NCBI GenBank assembly: GCA_012519315.1
Contig: JAAYQM010000082.1
Location: 14,488-78,487 of the forward strand
DNA from: Clostridiales bacterium
GTDB taxonomy: Bacteria > Bacillota > Clostridia > Oscillospirales > CAG-272
Direction: 5' to 3'
Length of the DNA: 64,000 bases
Under the pieces are notes generated by a model. It saw nothing but the letters and a program-made list of their open reading frames with translations, was not told the DNA's origin and searched no databases. Shown here in pieces: positions 41,368-50,981 of the stretch. How positions within the stretch are numbered: the first letter of the stretch is position 1; the number at the start of each line of letters is the position of its first letter. The translations under genes and the position numbers were made by a program.

Positions 41368-42630
41368 TTGCATATGCAGAATCAAAATATTCCTGAATTA
41401 CAAAGAACAGACCCCGGTCGCCTTAGGGTTACGGTTTATGCAAATGATATCGGCAGACCTATCGATAATGCCCGTATTCGAATAACGCGTCGCAGCGAGG
41501 AGAGCAGCATAGAGGAGTTGACAAGCGATCTGTCCGGACAATCTCCGATTGTTGATCTTCCCGCGCCGCCTTTTGACTATTCCCAGGCGCCTGATTCACC
41601 AAAGCCCTATGCTGAATATGACGTTCATGTAACAATGGAGGGGTATGAGCCAAAACGAATAGAAGGAGTCCAGATTCTGCCTAGCGTCACCGCTTTGCAG
41701 GATGTTAATTTAGAGCCGATCATACCTGCTCAAGCGGAACAAAGCATTTTCATAAAACCTCATACTCTGTGGGGCTTCTTTCCGCCCAAAATTCCGGAGG
41801 ATCCTATAAAGCCCCTGCCTCCGTCTCTCGGCTTTGTCGTTCTTCCTGATCCTGTTATCCCTGAGTATGTCATTGTCCATGAAGGAGTGCCTTCCGATAC
41901 CACGGCAAGAAACTTATATATTCCCTTTAAGGATTACATAAAAAATGTTGCAAGCTGTGAAATTTATTCCACGTGGCCGGCGAACACTATACGGGCTAAT
42001 ATTCTTGCAATTCTCTCGTTTACTCTGAACAGGATTTATACCGAATGGTACCGCGGCAAGGGTTATGACTTTACCATCACAAATTCTACGGCTTTTGATC
42101 AGGCCTTTGTCTATCAAAGGAACATTTATGAAGAAATATCGGTGCTGGTTGACGAGTTGTTTACCAATTTTATAACAAAGCCGGACATACGCCAGCCTTT
42201 GCTTACTCAATATTGCGACGGAACAAGGACAACATGCCCCGGATGGTTGAGCCAATGGGGTTCAAAGACCCTTGGCGATCAGGGATATGACGCTGTTTCG
42301 ATTTTGAGGAACTACTACGGTCAGGATATCTTTCTGATGCAGGCTCAAAAGGTGTCCGGAGTTCCTATTTCCTACCCCGGCATTCCTTTGCAGACAGGAT
42401 CTACCGGACAATATGTCCGTACGATACAGGAACAGCTCAATACTATTTCGAATAACTATCCCGCCATTCCAAAAATACGAGTGGACGGCATTTTTGGCAG
42501 TCAAACACGTGCCGCCGTCGAAAAATTTCAAGAAATATTCGGGCTGCCTGCATCGGGTATTGTTGACTTTGCTACCTGGTATCAGATTTCAAACATCTAT
42601 GTTGCGGTTGCCAAATTGGCAGAGCTTTAA
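41368..42630 (+). CDS. sleC: SleC-like spore cortex-lytic enzyme (pro-form) with C-terminal peptidoglycan-binding domain
   Basis: The core YIKNVASCEIYSTWPANTIRANILAILSFTLNRIYTEWYRGKGYDFTITNST resembles C. perfringens/C. difficile SleC. C-terminus GSTGQYVRTIQEQLN...VDGIFGSQTRAAVEKFQEIFGL is PG_binding_1-like. ATG at 41374 is an alternative start. Confidence 0.8.
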   Translation: MHMQNQNIPELQRTDPGRLRVTVYANDIGRPIDNARIRITRRSEESSIEELTSDLSGQSPIVDLPAPPFDYSQAPDSPKPYAEYDVHVTMEGYEPKRIEGVQILPSVTALQDVNLEPIIPAQAEQSIFIKPHTLWGFFPPKIPEDPIKPLPPSLGFVVLPDPVIPEYVIVHEGVPSDTTARNLYIPFKDYIKNVASCEIYSTWPANTIRANILAILSFTLNRIYTEWYRGKGYDFTITNSTAFDQAFVYQRNIYEEISVLVDELFTNFITKPDIRQPLLTQYCDGTRTTCPGWLSQWGSKTLGDQGYDAVSILRNYYGQDIFLMQAQKVSGVPISYPGIPLQTGSTGQYVRTIQEQLNTISNNYPAIPKIRVDGIFGSQTRAAVEKFQEIFGLPASGIVDFATWYQISNIYVAVAKLAEL

Positions 42631-42654
42631 AATCCTCACTCCTCCCTTTTTCCA

Positions 42655-42694
42655 TAAAAAAAGTGGTAGCTTTTCTAAAGCCACCACTTTTTTT
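42655..42694. terminator. bidirectional terminator between sleC and the convergent operon
   Basis: A-run, GTGGTAGC...GCCACCAC hairpin, T-run. Confidence 0.7.
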
Positions 42695-43996
42695 CTATTT
42701 TCTAATTGATGCAAGAGACTTAAAGTGCTTAATGCGATTGCTTAAATCGGGAATTCGCTTTATTGTACGCTCTGAGAACATACCCTCCAATACATTATTG
42801 GTAGCGGCGATTTCATGACCGATTAACGCAAGAGCTGCATCCTGCAAATGAGCAAATTCGGGATCCCTCTGAGCGAGGCAGATAAACGATTGCCGAGGAG
42901 AATTTATATCCTCTCCGCTAATCTGGAACAGACCGTATTGATCGCAGAGATTGCGTACCGCCCTCAGCTGCTTCTTTGTGTTTCGGGAAGGCATGTAGGT
43001 TACCGCATTAAAACCAAGGGTCTTCAATGTCTCAAAAAGCAGATCGAGATAGCCGTCTTCAAAGGTCTGCGTTTTTTTATCTCCGGTCACCGACTGGGAA
43101 ACATCCCCGAGATAGGCATAGGCGCTTATTGCTCCGATTTCTCGCGAAAGGGCTAAAACCTCCTTAACATCGGGACATTCGGTATCCGCATCGATGTAGA
43201 TCTTTTCAACCAGATCGCTTTTTAACGCTCCAAGAAGGTCATAGTCATACATCGTATTGCCTTTGTCCGAGAGCCATGACCGAACCTTTGATGAAATCGG
43301 GATTATCAGATCCTTTTCAAGGAAATTCAGAACCGCCTCGCCCTTTCCGAATCGCTCTATGATTTTTCTGCTTAGAGCAAAAAGAATGTGCCGTTCGGTC
43401 ACACTGCCGCTGTCATGTGCCATCGAAAGGGGGAGGATGTCATCATCAAAATCAAGGGAAATGTCAAAGTCAGCCATTAAATCATTTATTCTTTCGGTCA
43501 TTCTTCGACCGCGCTCAATCCTTGCAGCCGTATAAGGGGTAAAGAAGTCTCTTACCTGCCCCACATACTGATGAGGGATGCCATGCAGCGCAATATAGGC
43601 AATGCTCTTTTGGTCGGGATTGTTAATTCTCTTTCCTGCGAGGGGGGTGTTATGCATCTTAACCCGACATTCAACACCAATCGTTGTCATAATCCCGACT
43701 GTTTTGCCGGCCTCGGTGAATTCATCAACCCCTCCTACCGAGTCATGGTCCATAATTCCCGCCGTCTTAAGTCCGGCGTTATACGCCATCCAAACGGCCT
43801 TTGTCGGGGAATAAGGGGAAAAAGAATAGGTTGTATGAATATGGTTGTTTACATCGTCGGCTGTGTCGGGGCGTTTAATCTCTCCGTTATCAAAAAGACG
43901 ACAGAGCTCAGACAAGGCGGACAGCCTATCCTTTTTGTCAGGAGCATTAAGACGATCGACCAAATTTTCAATCCTGCTCATATTTAACTCCTTCAA
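42695..43996 (-). CDS. PHP-domain (polymerase/histidinol-phosphatase-like) metal-dependent phosphoesterase
   Basis: NNHIHTTYSFSPYSP...GIMDHDSVGG motifs. Last gene of the DeoR-headed operon. Confidence 0.7.
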   Translation of the reverse strand: MKELNMSRIENLVDRLNAPDKKDRLSALSELCRLFDNGEIKRPDTADDVNNHIHTTYSFSPYSPTKAVWMAYNAGLKTAGIMDHDSVGGVDEFTEAGKTVGIMTTIGVECRVKMHNTPLAGKRINNPDQKSIAYIALHGIPHQYVGQVRDFFTPYTAARIERGRRMTERINDLMADFDISLDFDDDILPLSMAHDSGSVTERHILFALSRKIIERFGKGEAVLNFLEKDLIIPISSKVRSWLSDKGNTMYDYDLLGALKSDLVEKIYIDADTECPDVKEVLALSREIGAISAYAYLGDVSQSVTGDKKTQTFEDGYLDLLFETLKTLGFNAVTYMPSRNTKKQLRAVRNLCDQYGLFQISGEDINSPRQSFICLAQRDPEFAHLQDAALALIGHEIAATNNVLEGMFSERTIKRIPDLSNRIKHFKSLASIRK

Positions 43997-44000
43997 AATT

Positions 44001-45971
44001 CTATTTTAGCATACATTGCCCGCCGGTTACGGGTATCGCCTGTCCGGTTTCATACTCCTGCTCAACAACATAAAGTACCGCACGAAGCACATCGACAATC
44101 TCACATCCTCGCCCCATCGGAACCTTTAGCTCATAATGGCGGCGAACATCTTCCACCGTTTTGGCACCCGGCACCTTGCCCGCCTTCAGATACTGCACAA
44201 AAAGACCGCGCTCAGGGTCGCTCCATAGAGGTCCGGTCAATAGATTCCCGGGACAGATGGCGTTCACTTTAATATTATATGAGCATAGTTCAAGGGCAAA
44301 GCTTTGTACAAGTCCTATGCCGCCGAATTTTCCGCCGGCATAGGCGAAATTCTTATTGCTGCCCTCAAGACCGGATTTTGAATTAATCTGAACAATATCG
44401 CTCATATAGCTGTTGTCAAATTTATGCTGAATCTTCATTATCCGGCTGGCATATTTTACGCAGAGGAAAAAGGCAGTATAATTTATTTTGGTTACAAACT
44501 CAAAGTTTTTCAAGGTCATTTCCTCAAGAGATCCGGCCTTTACAACGCCTGCGTTGCTGACAAACAAATCAAGCCCGCCATAGCACAGAACAGTGTCCCA
44601 AATCATCTGCTGTACCGATTTTTCGTCTGATACATCAACCTTAAGGGGGAGTGCGCTTCCTTTTCCGTTTGTGCTTTCCAGTTCGGAGGCACGGACGGCG
44701 GCAGTATCATAGTTAAGGTCGGCCATAACGACATTAGCGCCATGTGAGCATAGTCCCTCGGCGATACCGAGGCCGAAGCCCTGGGCACTGCCGGTGACAA
44801 TAGCAATTTTTTCATCCAGCCGACGACTCAGGTCAAGGGTAAGACTTACCTTTGAGCGGTATGCCTCCACCTCCCAATTAACAATAAAATCGATCATATC
44901 CTCGGTCATAAAAAGAGGACCGCCGAAAGAGTTGGTGTAGCAGCCGATCTTCACCGTGTCCAGAAAAACATCGGCACAGATATCGGCCTGCTTCTTGCCG
45001 GCGCCATGGGCAAAAATGCCAAGACCCTGTATGGCGACAATACGCGGCAGAAAACCATGCTTTTCTTTATAATCGGCAATGCCTGCCTGAATTAATTGAT
45101 ATTGCTCATCAATATTGTCAGCCGACTTAACAAACAGAGGCCACGGACGGCAGTATACAATATGATCGGGGGTATATGCCGAGCTTACAGGATAAAAGCT
45201 CTCCTCGTCCTTGACAAAATCCGCAATCTGCTTATTAGTTCTGAAGGTAACTGACGAAGTGGGGCCATCCTTCAAAAGCATACGCAGGGCCGGCGCCACA
45301 AGGGCTGCCCGTTCTTTGTCAACGGTAACCTCGCTGAAATCCGGCTTTGAAGTAAGTGCATTGTCAAGAGTGGAAAAAAGAAAATCATAAATCGAATCGA
45401 TCTCTGCTTCATCATCACCTGCCACAAAAATTCCATGATTCTGCAGAATGACAATATCAGCATCTTTGCCATGCTTTGATTTATGCAGGCGCATGGCCTC
45501 CCCGACGGCAAGCGCCAGGATATACCCCGGCTTTGTAATCGGAACCCAAACAGCGCGGGAACCGAAAAGACGCCGAGTCTCCGCCTCCCCGTTTACGCCG
45601 CAACACAAGCCGTTTGACAGCGCCGGATGGAGATGGACAACATAGGTTTTTGAAAAAAGATTATGTAGTAAGGTTTCTACCGACGGACGCTTATGCTCCT
45701 CGCCACGACAGCGGGCCTCCATCAAATCGGCAAGAACCTCACGTTCGCGCTCAACCTCGTCCTCAGAATATTTCCGGTCAAGCATAGCACTGAGCATTGC
45801 ACGATCCATGCGGACAAATCCGTCTGCCTTGATGGTTGCAAGAGTTGTGCCCGACCCCTTGATATAGAGATACTGATCGTCTTTATAAGACGTGTTTCCT
45901 CCGCCGGCAAGCACATAATCAGGATTCGCCCCGTATTTATTCGATATTTTAACGATTGTTTCCAATGACAT
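44001..45971 (-). CDS. bifunctional class II aldolase/adducin-domain + short-chain dehydrogenase fusion (RhaEW/YuxG-like)
   Basis: 656 aa. The C-terminal SDR has TGSAQGFGLGIA and YAGGK. The N-terminal ~400 aa are aldolase-like, as in rhamnulose-1-phosphate aldolase/alcohol dehydrogenase fusions. Confidence 0.75.
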   Translation of the reverse strand: MSLETIVKISNKYGANPDYVLAGGGNTSYKDDQYLYIKGSGTTLATIKADGFVRMDRAMLSAMLDRKYSEDEVEREREVLADLMEARCRGEEHKRPSVETLLHNLFSKTYVVHLHPALSNGLCCGVNGEAETRRLFGSRAVWVPITKPGYILALAVGEAMRLHKSKHGKDADIVILQNHGIFVAGDDEAEIDSIYDFLFSTLDNALTSKPDFSEVTVDKERAALVAPALRMLLKDGPTSSVTFRTNKQIADFVKDEESFYPVSSAYTPDHIVYCRPWPLFVKSADNIDEQYQLIQAGIADYKEKHGFLPRIVAIQGLGIFAHGAGKKQADICADVFLDTVKIGCYTNSFGGPLFMTEDMIDFIVNWEVEAYRSKVSLTLDLSRRLDEKIAIVTGSAQGFGLGIAEGLCSHGANVVMADLNYDTAAVRASELESTNGKGSALPLKVDVSDEKSVQQMIWDTVLCYGGLDLFVSNAGVVKAGSLEEMTLKNFEFVTKINYTAFFLCVKYASRIMKIQHKFDNSYMSDIVQINSKSGLEGSNKNFAYAGGKFGGIGLVQSFALELCSYNIKVNAICPGNLLTGPLWSDPERGLFVQYLKAGKVPGAKTVEDVRRHYELKVPMGRGCEIVDVLRAVLYVVEQEYETGQAIPVTGGQCMLK

Positions 45972-46012
45972 ATGTTCTCCTTTGGAACAGACTTAAATGT
46001 TCTGTTTCTCCG

Positions 46013-46993
46013 TTAATAATAAAGTGCTGCAACAATATCCCTTCGTGTTGCTCCCAGAAAATATTTGTTAATATCAATATTCTGTAAAGCAAGACTCATT
46101 TCATCCGGATTATGCTTCACTCCTATAAGGAGAGTCTCTAATTCTCCGATGTCCCGTTCGCCGAAATAATCTCCAAAAAGACGCGCATTGGTGATTATTC
46201 CATTTTCTACTTGCAAAAATGCTTCCATTCCCCCGCTGGGGAGGCGCATTTTTTTCTTAAAATTATATTTGGGAGATTGTCCGTAATTCCATTCCCACGT
46301 GCGATATTTTTCGTCAGCAAGCCGATTTATACCCTCAATATCCTGTGCGGTCAACCGGTATTCATAGAAATCCTGTCCTGTTTTTCGAATATAATCGGTT
46401 ATTATCCTGACGAACTGAGGGATATCCAAGGGTGCCTGCAGATGCTCATTGATGTTGGTTACCCGGCTCCTTACCGATTTTATCGCCTTGCTTTGGATTT
46501 TTTCGGAATCAACGTTTAATGCCTTCGCAAGGCGATCTAGGGTAATGTTCAGCATCAGGGTGCCGTGATGTAGCAGTCGGTCTTTATAGACGCACTGAGC
46601 ATTGCCCGAAAACTTTTTCCCGTCAATGGTCAAATCATTTCGTCCAGAAAGCTGCGCATTGACTCCTATTTCATTAAGAGCCCCGATAATCGGCGCCGCA
46701 AAGCGGGAAAAATCAGAAAAGTCTGCCTTGTTATCCCTGATAAAGGTAAAATTCAGATTACCTTTATCATGAAACACTGCCCCTCCGCCGGTCAAGCGTC
46801 TGACAACGGCAATGCCTTCTCTGCTAACATATTCGCTGTTGATCTCCGAGACGGTATTTTGATTGCGACCGACAACAATGACATCACGGTTTACCCAAAG
46901 CATGAAAACATCGTCCTTAAAGTTTTCAAGCGCATATTCCTCTGCCGCGAGATTGAAATACGGATCTGTTGATGTATTATAAATATATCTCAC
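46013..46993 (-). CDS. lplA: lipoate-protein ligase A
   Basis: MRYIYNTSTDPYFNLAAEEYAL...RRLTGGGAVFHDKGNLNFTFI. Confidence 0.9.
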   Translation of the reverse strand: MRYIYNTSTDPYFNLAAEEYALENFKDDVFMLWVNRDVIVVGRNQNTVSEINSEYVSREGIAVVRRLTGGGAVFHDKGNLNFTFIRDNKADFSDFSRFAAPIIGALNEIGVNAQLSGRNDLTIDGKKFSGNAQCVYKDRLLHHGTLMLNITLDRLAKALNVDSEKIQSKAIKSVRSRVTNINEHLQAPLDIPQFVRIITDYIRKTGQDFYEYRLTAQDIEGINRLADEKYRTWEWNYGQSPKYNFKKKMRLPSGGMEAFLQVENGIITNARLFGDYFGERDIGELETLLIGVKHNPDEMSLALQNIDINKYFLGATRRDIVAALYY

Positions 46994-47058
46994 TCAATAT
47001 CTCCCAAATATTCAAATAGCTGAAATGAAAATCACAAACGTGACATTTTTATAAAACC

Positions 47059-49530
47059 TTATACTCCCAGCTTATTGCGCCGGATCTGCTCAAGCTCTGT
47101 GAAATTCTGAACAGGGAAGTAGCCCGGCAGTGGCTGGATTTTCTGATGAATAGCATCAAGGAACCATGTTGCATGGGGGAAGAAGTGCTCCTCCAGCTCG
47201 AAACAAGGGGTTATCCAATTGCGCGCGCCGATAACAACAGGCGGAGCATCCAGATAATCAAAGGCAAGCTCACTGATTGTTTGAGCCATTTCTTTAAGTG
47301 CCGAGCCACGGGCGCAGGCATCACTCGCAAGAACGATGCGACCGGTTTTCTTCACCGATTCGATTACCTTTTCATAGTTGAAGGGGGTGATAGAACGCGC
47401 ATCTATAACCTCTGCGCTCATGTTATACTTTGTTTCAAGCTCATTGGCTGCTTTCAACGCCTCGTAGAGTGACGTTCCGATAGTAAGGAAGGTAATATCC
47501 TTTCCTTCGCGTTTTATATCCGGTTCGCCGATTTCGATTTCGTAATAGTCCTCCGGTACCCCTTCCTTATGGAACTGTTCGCCGATATCATAGATTCTCT
47601 GGCTTTCACAGAAAACAACAGGATCGGTGCCGGCAAGGGCGCTGTTCATCAGACCCTTTGCATCATAGGGGGTTACGGGGAACACAACCTTAAGTCCCGG
47701 GATGTGCGCCATCAGCGCCGTCCAGTCCTGTGAGTGCTGGGCGCCGTATTTTGAACCGATAGAAACCCTGAGAACAACCGGCATCTTGATAACTCCGGCG
47801 CTCATTGCCTGCCATTTTGCCAGCTGATTAAATATTTCATCTCCGGCACGACCGATAAAGTCGCAATACATCAGCTCAACAATCGCACGCCCGCCGGACA
47901 TGGCATATCCGACGCCGGAGCCAACAATCGCAGCCTCGGAAATAGGGGAGTTAAAGAGACGATGGTAGGGAACGGCCTCGGTTAGGCCACGATAGACCGC
48001 AAAAGCACCGCCCCAATCGCGTACATCCTCTCCATATGAAATCAGGGTAGGATCGGTGTAATATTTATCACGAATTGCTTCGAATATAGCATCACGGAGC
48101 TGGAACACCCTGTTTTTTGAAACCGGCTTGCCGTCTGCATCATATGCGTAGCGGATTTTCTTTGCAATCTGCTTAGAGCGTGGATCCTCGCCGCGGGGAA
48201 GGAGCATTTCAGGCTCTCTGTCCTCCATCTTCTCTATTTTTTGATTGGAGAACATAAGGGACTCGATTGCAAGGGGATTCTTATATAAATCCATACGCGG
48301 GGAAATCTTTTCGTCAATAGCAAGTCCGCAGACCTTTGTGATTAATGCTTTAATTTCCTCTCGAATGGCCGCAAACTCCTCGGGTGTTGCAAGCTTTGCC
48401 TCCACCATCTGCCGCTCAAAGCCCTGAAGCACGTCATGCTTTTCCCAAGCCTCGATCTCTTCCTTTGAACGATAGGTTGAGGCATCCGAGGGAGAGTGAC
48501 CGGATATGCGATAGGTCAACACATCGAGAAGGACCGGACCGCCCTCTTTGTTGATAATTTCCTTCTTGCGGCGCATGGCATCAATAACGGCTAAGGGATT
48601 GTATCCATCTACACGTTCGGCATACATTTGATTCGGTGTTATGCCGGCGCCGGCGCGGGCAAGGAAGTCATAGCCCATGGTCTCGCCTCGGGTCTGTCCG
48701 CCCATACCGTAGTTGTTGTTAAAGAAATTAAAGATCAGGGGCAATCCCTTATTGTAGCCCTCGCCCCACAGCTGCTTAATCTGATCCATTACCGACATCA
48801 TCATCGCTTCCCAGACAGGTCCGCATCCCATTGATCCGTCCCCGATGTTACAGATAACAATGCCCGGCTTTTTATTTGCTCTCTTATAAAGAGCGGAGCC
48901 AAGGGCAATAGTGGCGGAGCCGCCGACGATGGCATTGTTCGGGTAAATGCCGAAGGGGGTAAAGAAGGCATGCATTGAGCCGCCCAGCCCCTTGTTGAAG
49001 CCGGTTTCCCGAGCAAATATTTCGGCAAGTGCGCCATAAACAAGGAACTCACGGGCAAGCTTTTTAATATCGCTCTTGTCGGCGGTAGGCTCTATTGCCT
49101 TCAGTACAGCCCCGTCAAAAAAGCTTTCCATTATTTCTACAAGTTCATTTTCGCTTAGCTTCTCAATAGCAGACAGTCCTTTCGCAAGGATCTCGCCGTG
49201 GCTTCTGTGTGAGCCGAATATGTAATCGTCGGTGTCCAGCAAATAGGTCTGACCGACCGCTGATGCCTCTTGCCCGATTGAAAGATGGGCAGGTCCCGGG
49301 TTGTTATACTCCAATCCGTTGTAGCTGTTGGTGGTCTTAATTGAGTAGAGCATCGTTTCAAACTCGCGGATCAGAGCCATGTCGTGGTAGATACGCATAA
49401 AATCCGCTTTGGTATATATGGCGCTCTCCTCTTGAACGGTCTTGTTGTATGCATTAACATCGATGTCGGTAAAGGTAATTTTTGATGGTTTTCTTAATAT
49501 ATCAGGATCGACAAATTGTGACTTAGGCAT
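47059..49530 (-). CDS. 2-oxoacid/acetoin dehydrogenase E1 component, alpha and beta subunits fused
   Basis: TPP motif GDGSMGCGPVWEAMMMS...NNNYGMGG in the N-terminal half. E1-beta/transketolase-like C-terminal half. ATG at 49530 with an AAGGGA SD is preferred over the TTG at 49548. Confidence 0.85.
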   Translation of the reverse strand: MPKSQFVDPDILRKPSKITFTDIDVNAYNKTVQEESAIYTKADFMRIYHDMALIREFETMLYSIKTTNSYNGLEYNNPGPAHLSIGQEASAVGQTYLLDTDDYIFGSHRSHGEILAKGLSAIEKLSENELVEIMESFFDGAVLKAIEPTADKSDIKKLAREFLVYGALAEIFARETGFNKGLGGSMHAFFTPFGIYPNNAIVGGSATIALGSALYKRANKKPGIVICNIGDGSMGCGPVWEAMMMSVMDQIKQLWGEGYNKGLPLIFNFFNNNYGMGGQTRGETMGYDFLARAGAGITPNQMYAERVDGYNPLAVIDAMRRKKEIINKEGGPVLLDVLTYRISGHSPSDASTYRSKEEIEAWEKHDVLQGFERQMVEAKLATPEEFAAIREEIKALITKVCGLAIDEKISPRMDLYKNPLAIESLMFSNQKIEKMEDREPEMLLPRGEDPRSKQIAKKIRYAYDADGKPVSKNRVFQLRDAIFEAIRDKYYTDPTLISYGEDVRDWGGAFAVYRGLTEAVPYHRLFNSPISEAAIVGSGVGYAMSGGRAIVELMYCDFIGRAGDEIFNQLAKWQAMSAGVIKMPVVLRVSIGSKYGAQHSQDWTALMAHIPGLKVVFPVTPYDAKGLMNSALAGTDPVVFCESQRIYDIGEQFHKEGVPEDYYEIEIGEPDIKREGKDITFLTIGTSLYEALKAANELETKYNMSAEVIDARSITPFNYEKVIESVKKTGRIVLASDACARGSALKEMAQTISELAFDYLDAPPVVIGARNWITPCFELEEHFFPHATWFLDAIHQKIQPLPGYFPVQNFTELEQIRRNKLGV

Positions 49531-49568
49531 AATATTTATCCCTTTCAATTGATAGAATTTACAAATTA

Positions 49569-50933
49569 TTATATAGCAAATATTGCTTCACGCAGAATTT
49601 CGCTGACCGTTGGGTGAGGGAATACAATTTCCTTAGCGTCCGAGAGGGTCATCTCTGTTTCGACCATCATTCCGGCCGCAATAATAAATTCTGAAACATA
49701 GGCGCCGAGCATATGGGCGCCGATAATTCGACCGCTGTCCTTTTCTGCAAGGATCTTGCAAATGCCGTTGCCCCCTTCATTTTCGGCAAGGAATCTGCCT
49801 GAATAAAGCATAGAAACCTTACCGACAACATAGGAGATACCCTTGGCTTTGGCACTTTCCTCAGTCTCGCCGACGCCGGCCATCTCCGGATTTGTATATA
49901 TCACAGAGGGAATGGCATTGTAACGCATAATATCACGCTTGCCTATGATGCTGTTGACAGCAACCTCAGCCTCCCTATAGGCGGTATGTGCCAGCATCGA
50001 AACACCGTTAACATCCCCGACGGCGTACACATTGGGAATGCTTGTCAGGCAGGTGCGGTCTGTTTTAATGGCGCCCTTTTCGGTGAGCACACCCAGACGC
50101 TCCAGCCCGAATCCGCTTATTACCGGTCGGCGCCCGATGGAGAGAAGAACCTTGTCGGCTTGAACCGTTTCTGTTTTTCCGTTTTCTTCATAGCTTACAG
50201 AAGAGGTGCCTATGGCGGTTACCTTTGAGTTTAGCTTAAAGGTGACACCCTTTTTTTCGTACACCTTTTGAAGCATTGTTGACACTTCTCGATCGGTGGG
50301 TCCGGCGATGTGATCCAGCATCTCGATCACCGTAACCTTTGATCCGACAGAATTATAGTAAGCTGCCATCTCAAGTCCGATAACCCCGCCGCCAATCACA
50401 ACAAGGGATTGGGGGATGGTTTCAAGGTCAAGAATTTCGCGGTTTGTAAGGACAAAGCCGGAGGCAATGCCCTCCTTAACTCCGGGAATAGGGGGTATGG
50501 CAGGGGAGGAGCCGGTAGCTATGATAAGATTGGTGCTTTTGAACATCTCTCCCGCAACCGAAACGGTAAAACCATCCTTGTCTCGACCGATAATCTCGCA
50601 GAAACCTTCAACCATCTTGACTTTGTGTGTCCTAAGGGTAGATTTTACCCCTGAAACAAGGGTTGTGACCACCTTGTTTTTTCTTTCGACAACCGTTTTT
50701 TGGTCAATCGTGACCCCGGCGGTCGTCACACCGTATTTTGCGCCGTTAAGGGCATATTCGTAAATCTTTGCTGAGTTAAGCAATGTTTTTGACGGAATAC
50801 ATCCTTCGTTGAGACAAACACCGCCAAAGGCTCTTGCCTCAATACATACAGTTTTGAGGCCGGACTGTGCGGCGCGCTCGGCGGCAAGATAACCGCCCGG
50901 TCCTCCTCCCAAAACAATCAGATCATAACTCAT
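49569..50933 (-). CDS. lpdA: dihydrolipoyl dehydrogenase (E3)
   Basis: GGGPGGY FAD motif and redox-active GGVCLNEGCIPSK. Confidence 0.93.
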   Translation of the reverse strand: MSYDLIVLGGGPGGYLAAERAAQSGLKTVCIEARAFGGVCLNEGCIPSKTLLNSAKIYEYALNGAKYGVTTAGVTIDQKTVVERKNKVVTTLVSGVKSTLRTHKVKMVEGFCEIIGRDKDGFTVSVAGEMFKSTNLIIATGSSPAIPPIPGVKEGIASGFVLTNREILDLETIPQSLVVIGGGVIGLEMAAYYNSVGSKVTVIEMLDHIAGPTDREVSTMLQKVYEKKGVTFKLNSKVTAIGTSSVSYEENGKTETVQADKVLLSIGRRPVISGFGLERLGVLTEKGAIKTDRTCLTSIPNVYAVGDVNGVSMLAHTAYREAEVAVNSIIGKRDIMRYNAIPSVIYTNPEMAGVGETEESAKAKGISYVVGKVSMLYSGRFLAENEGGNGICKILAEKDSGRIIGAHMLGAYVSEFIIAAGMMVETEMTLSDAKEIVFPHPTVSEILREAIFAI

Positions 50934-50981
50934 GGCGTTTCCTTTCTGAATGCTGTAAATACGAATTTTCTATCTCTCACA

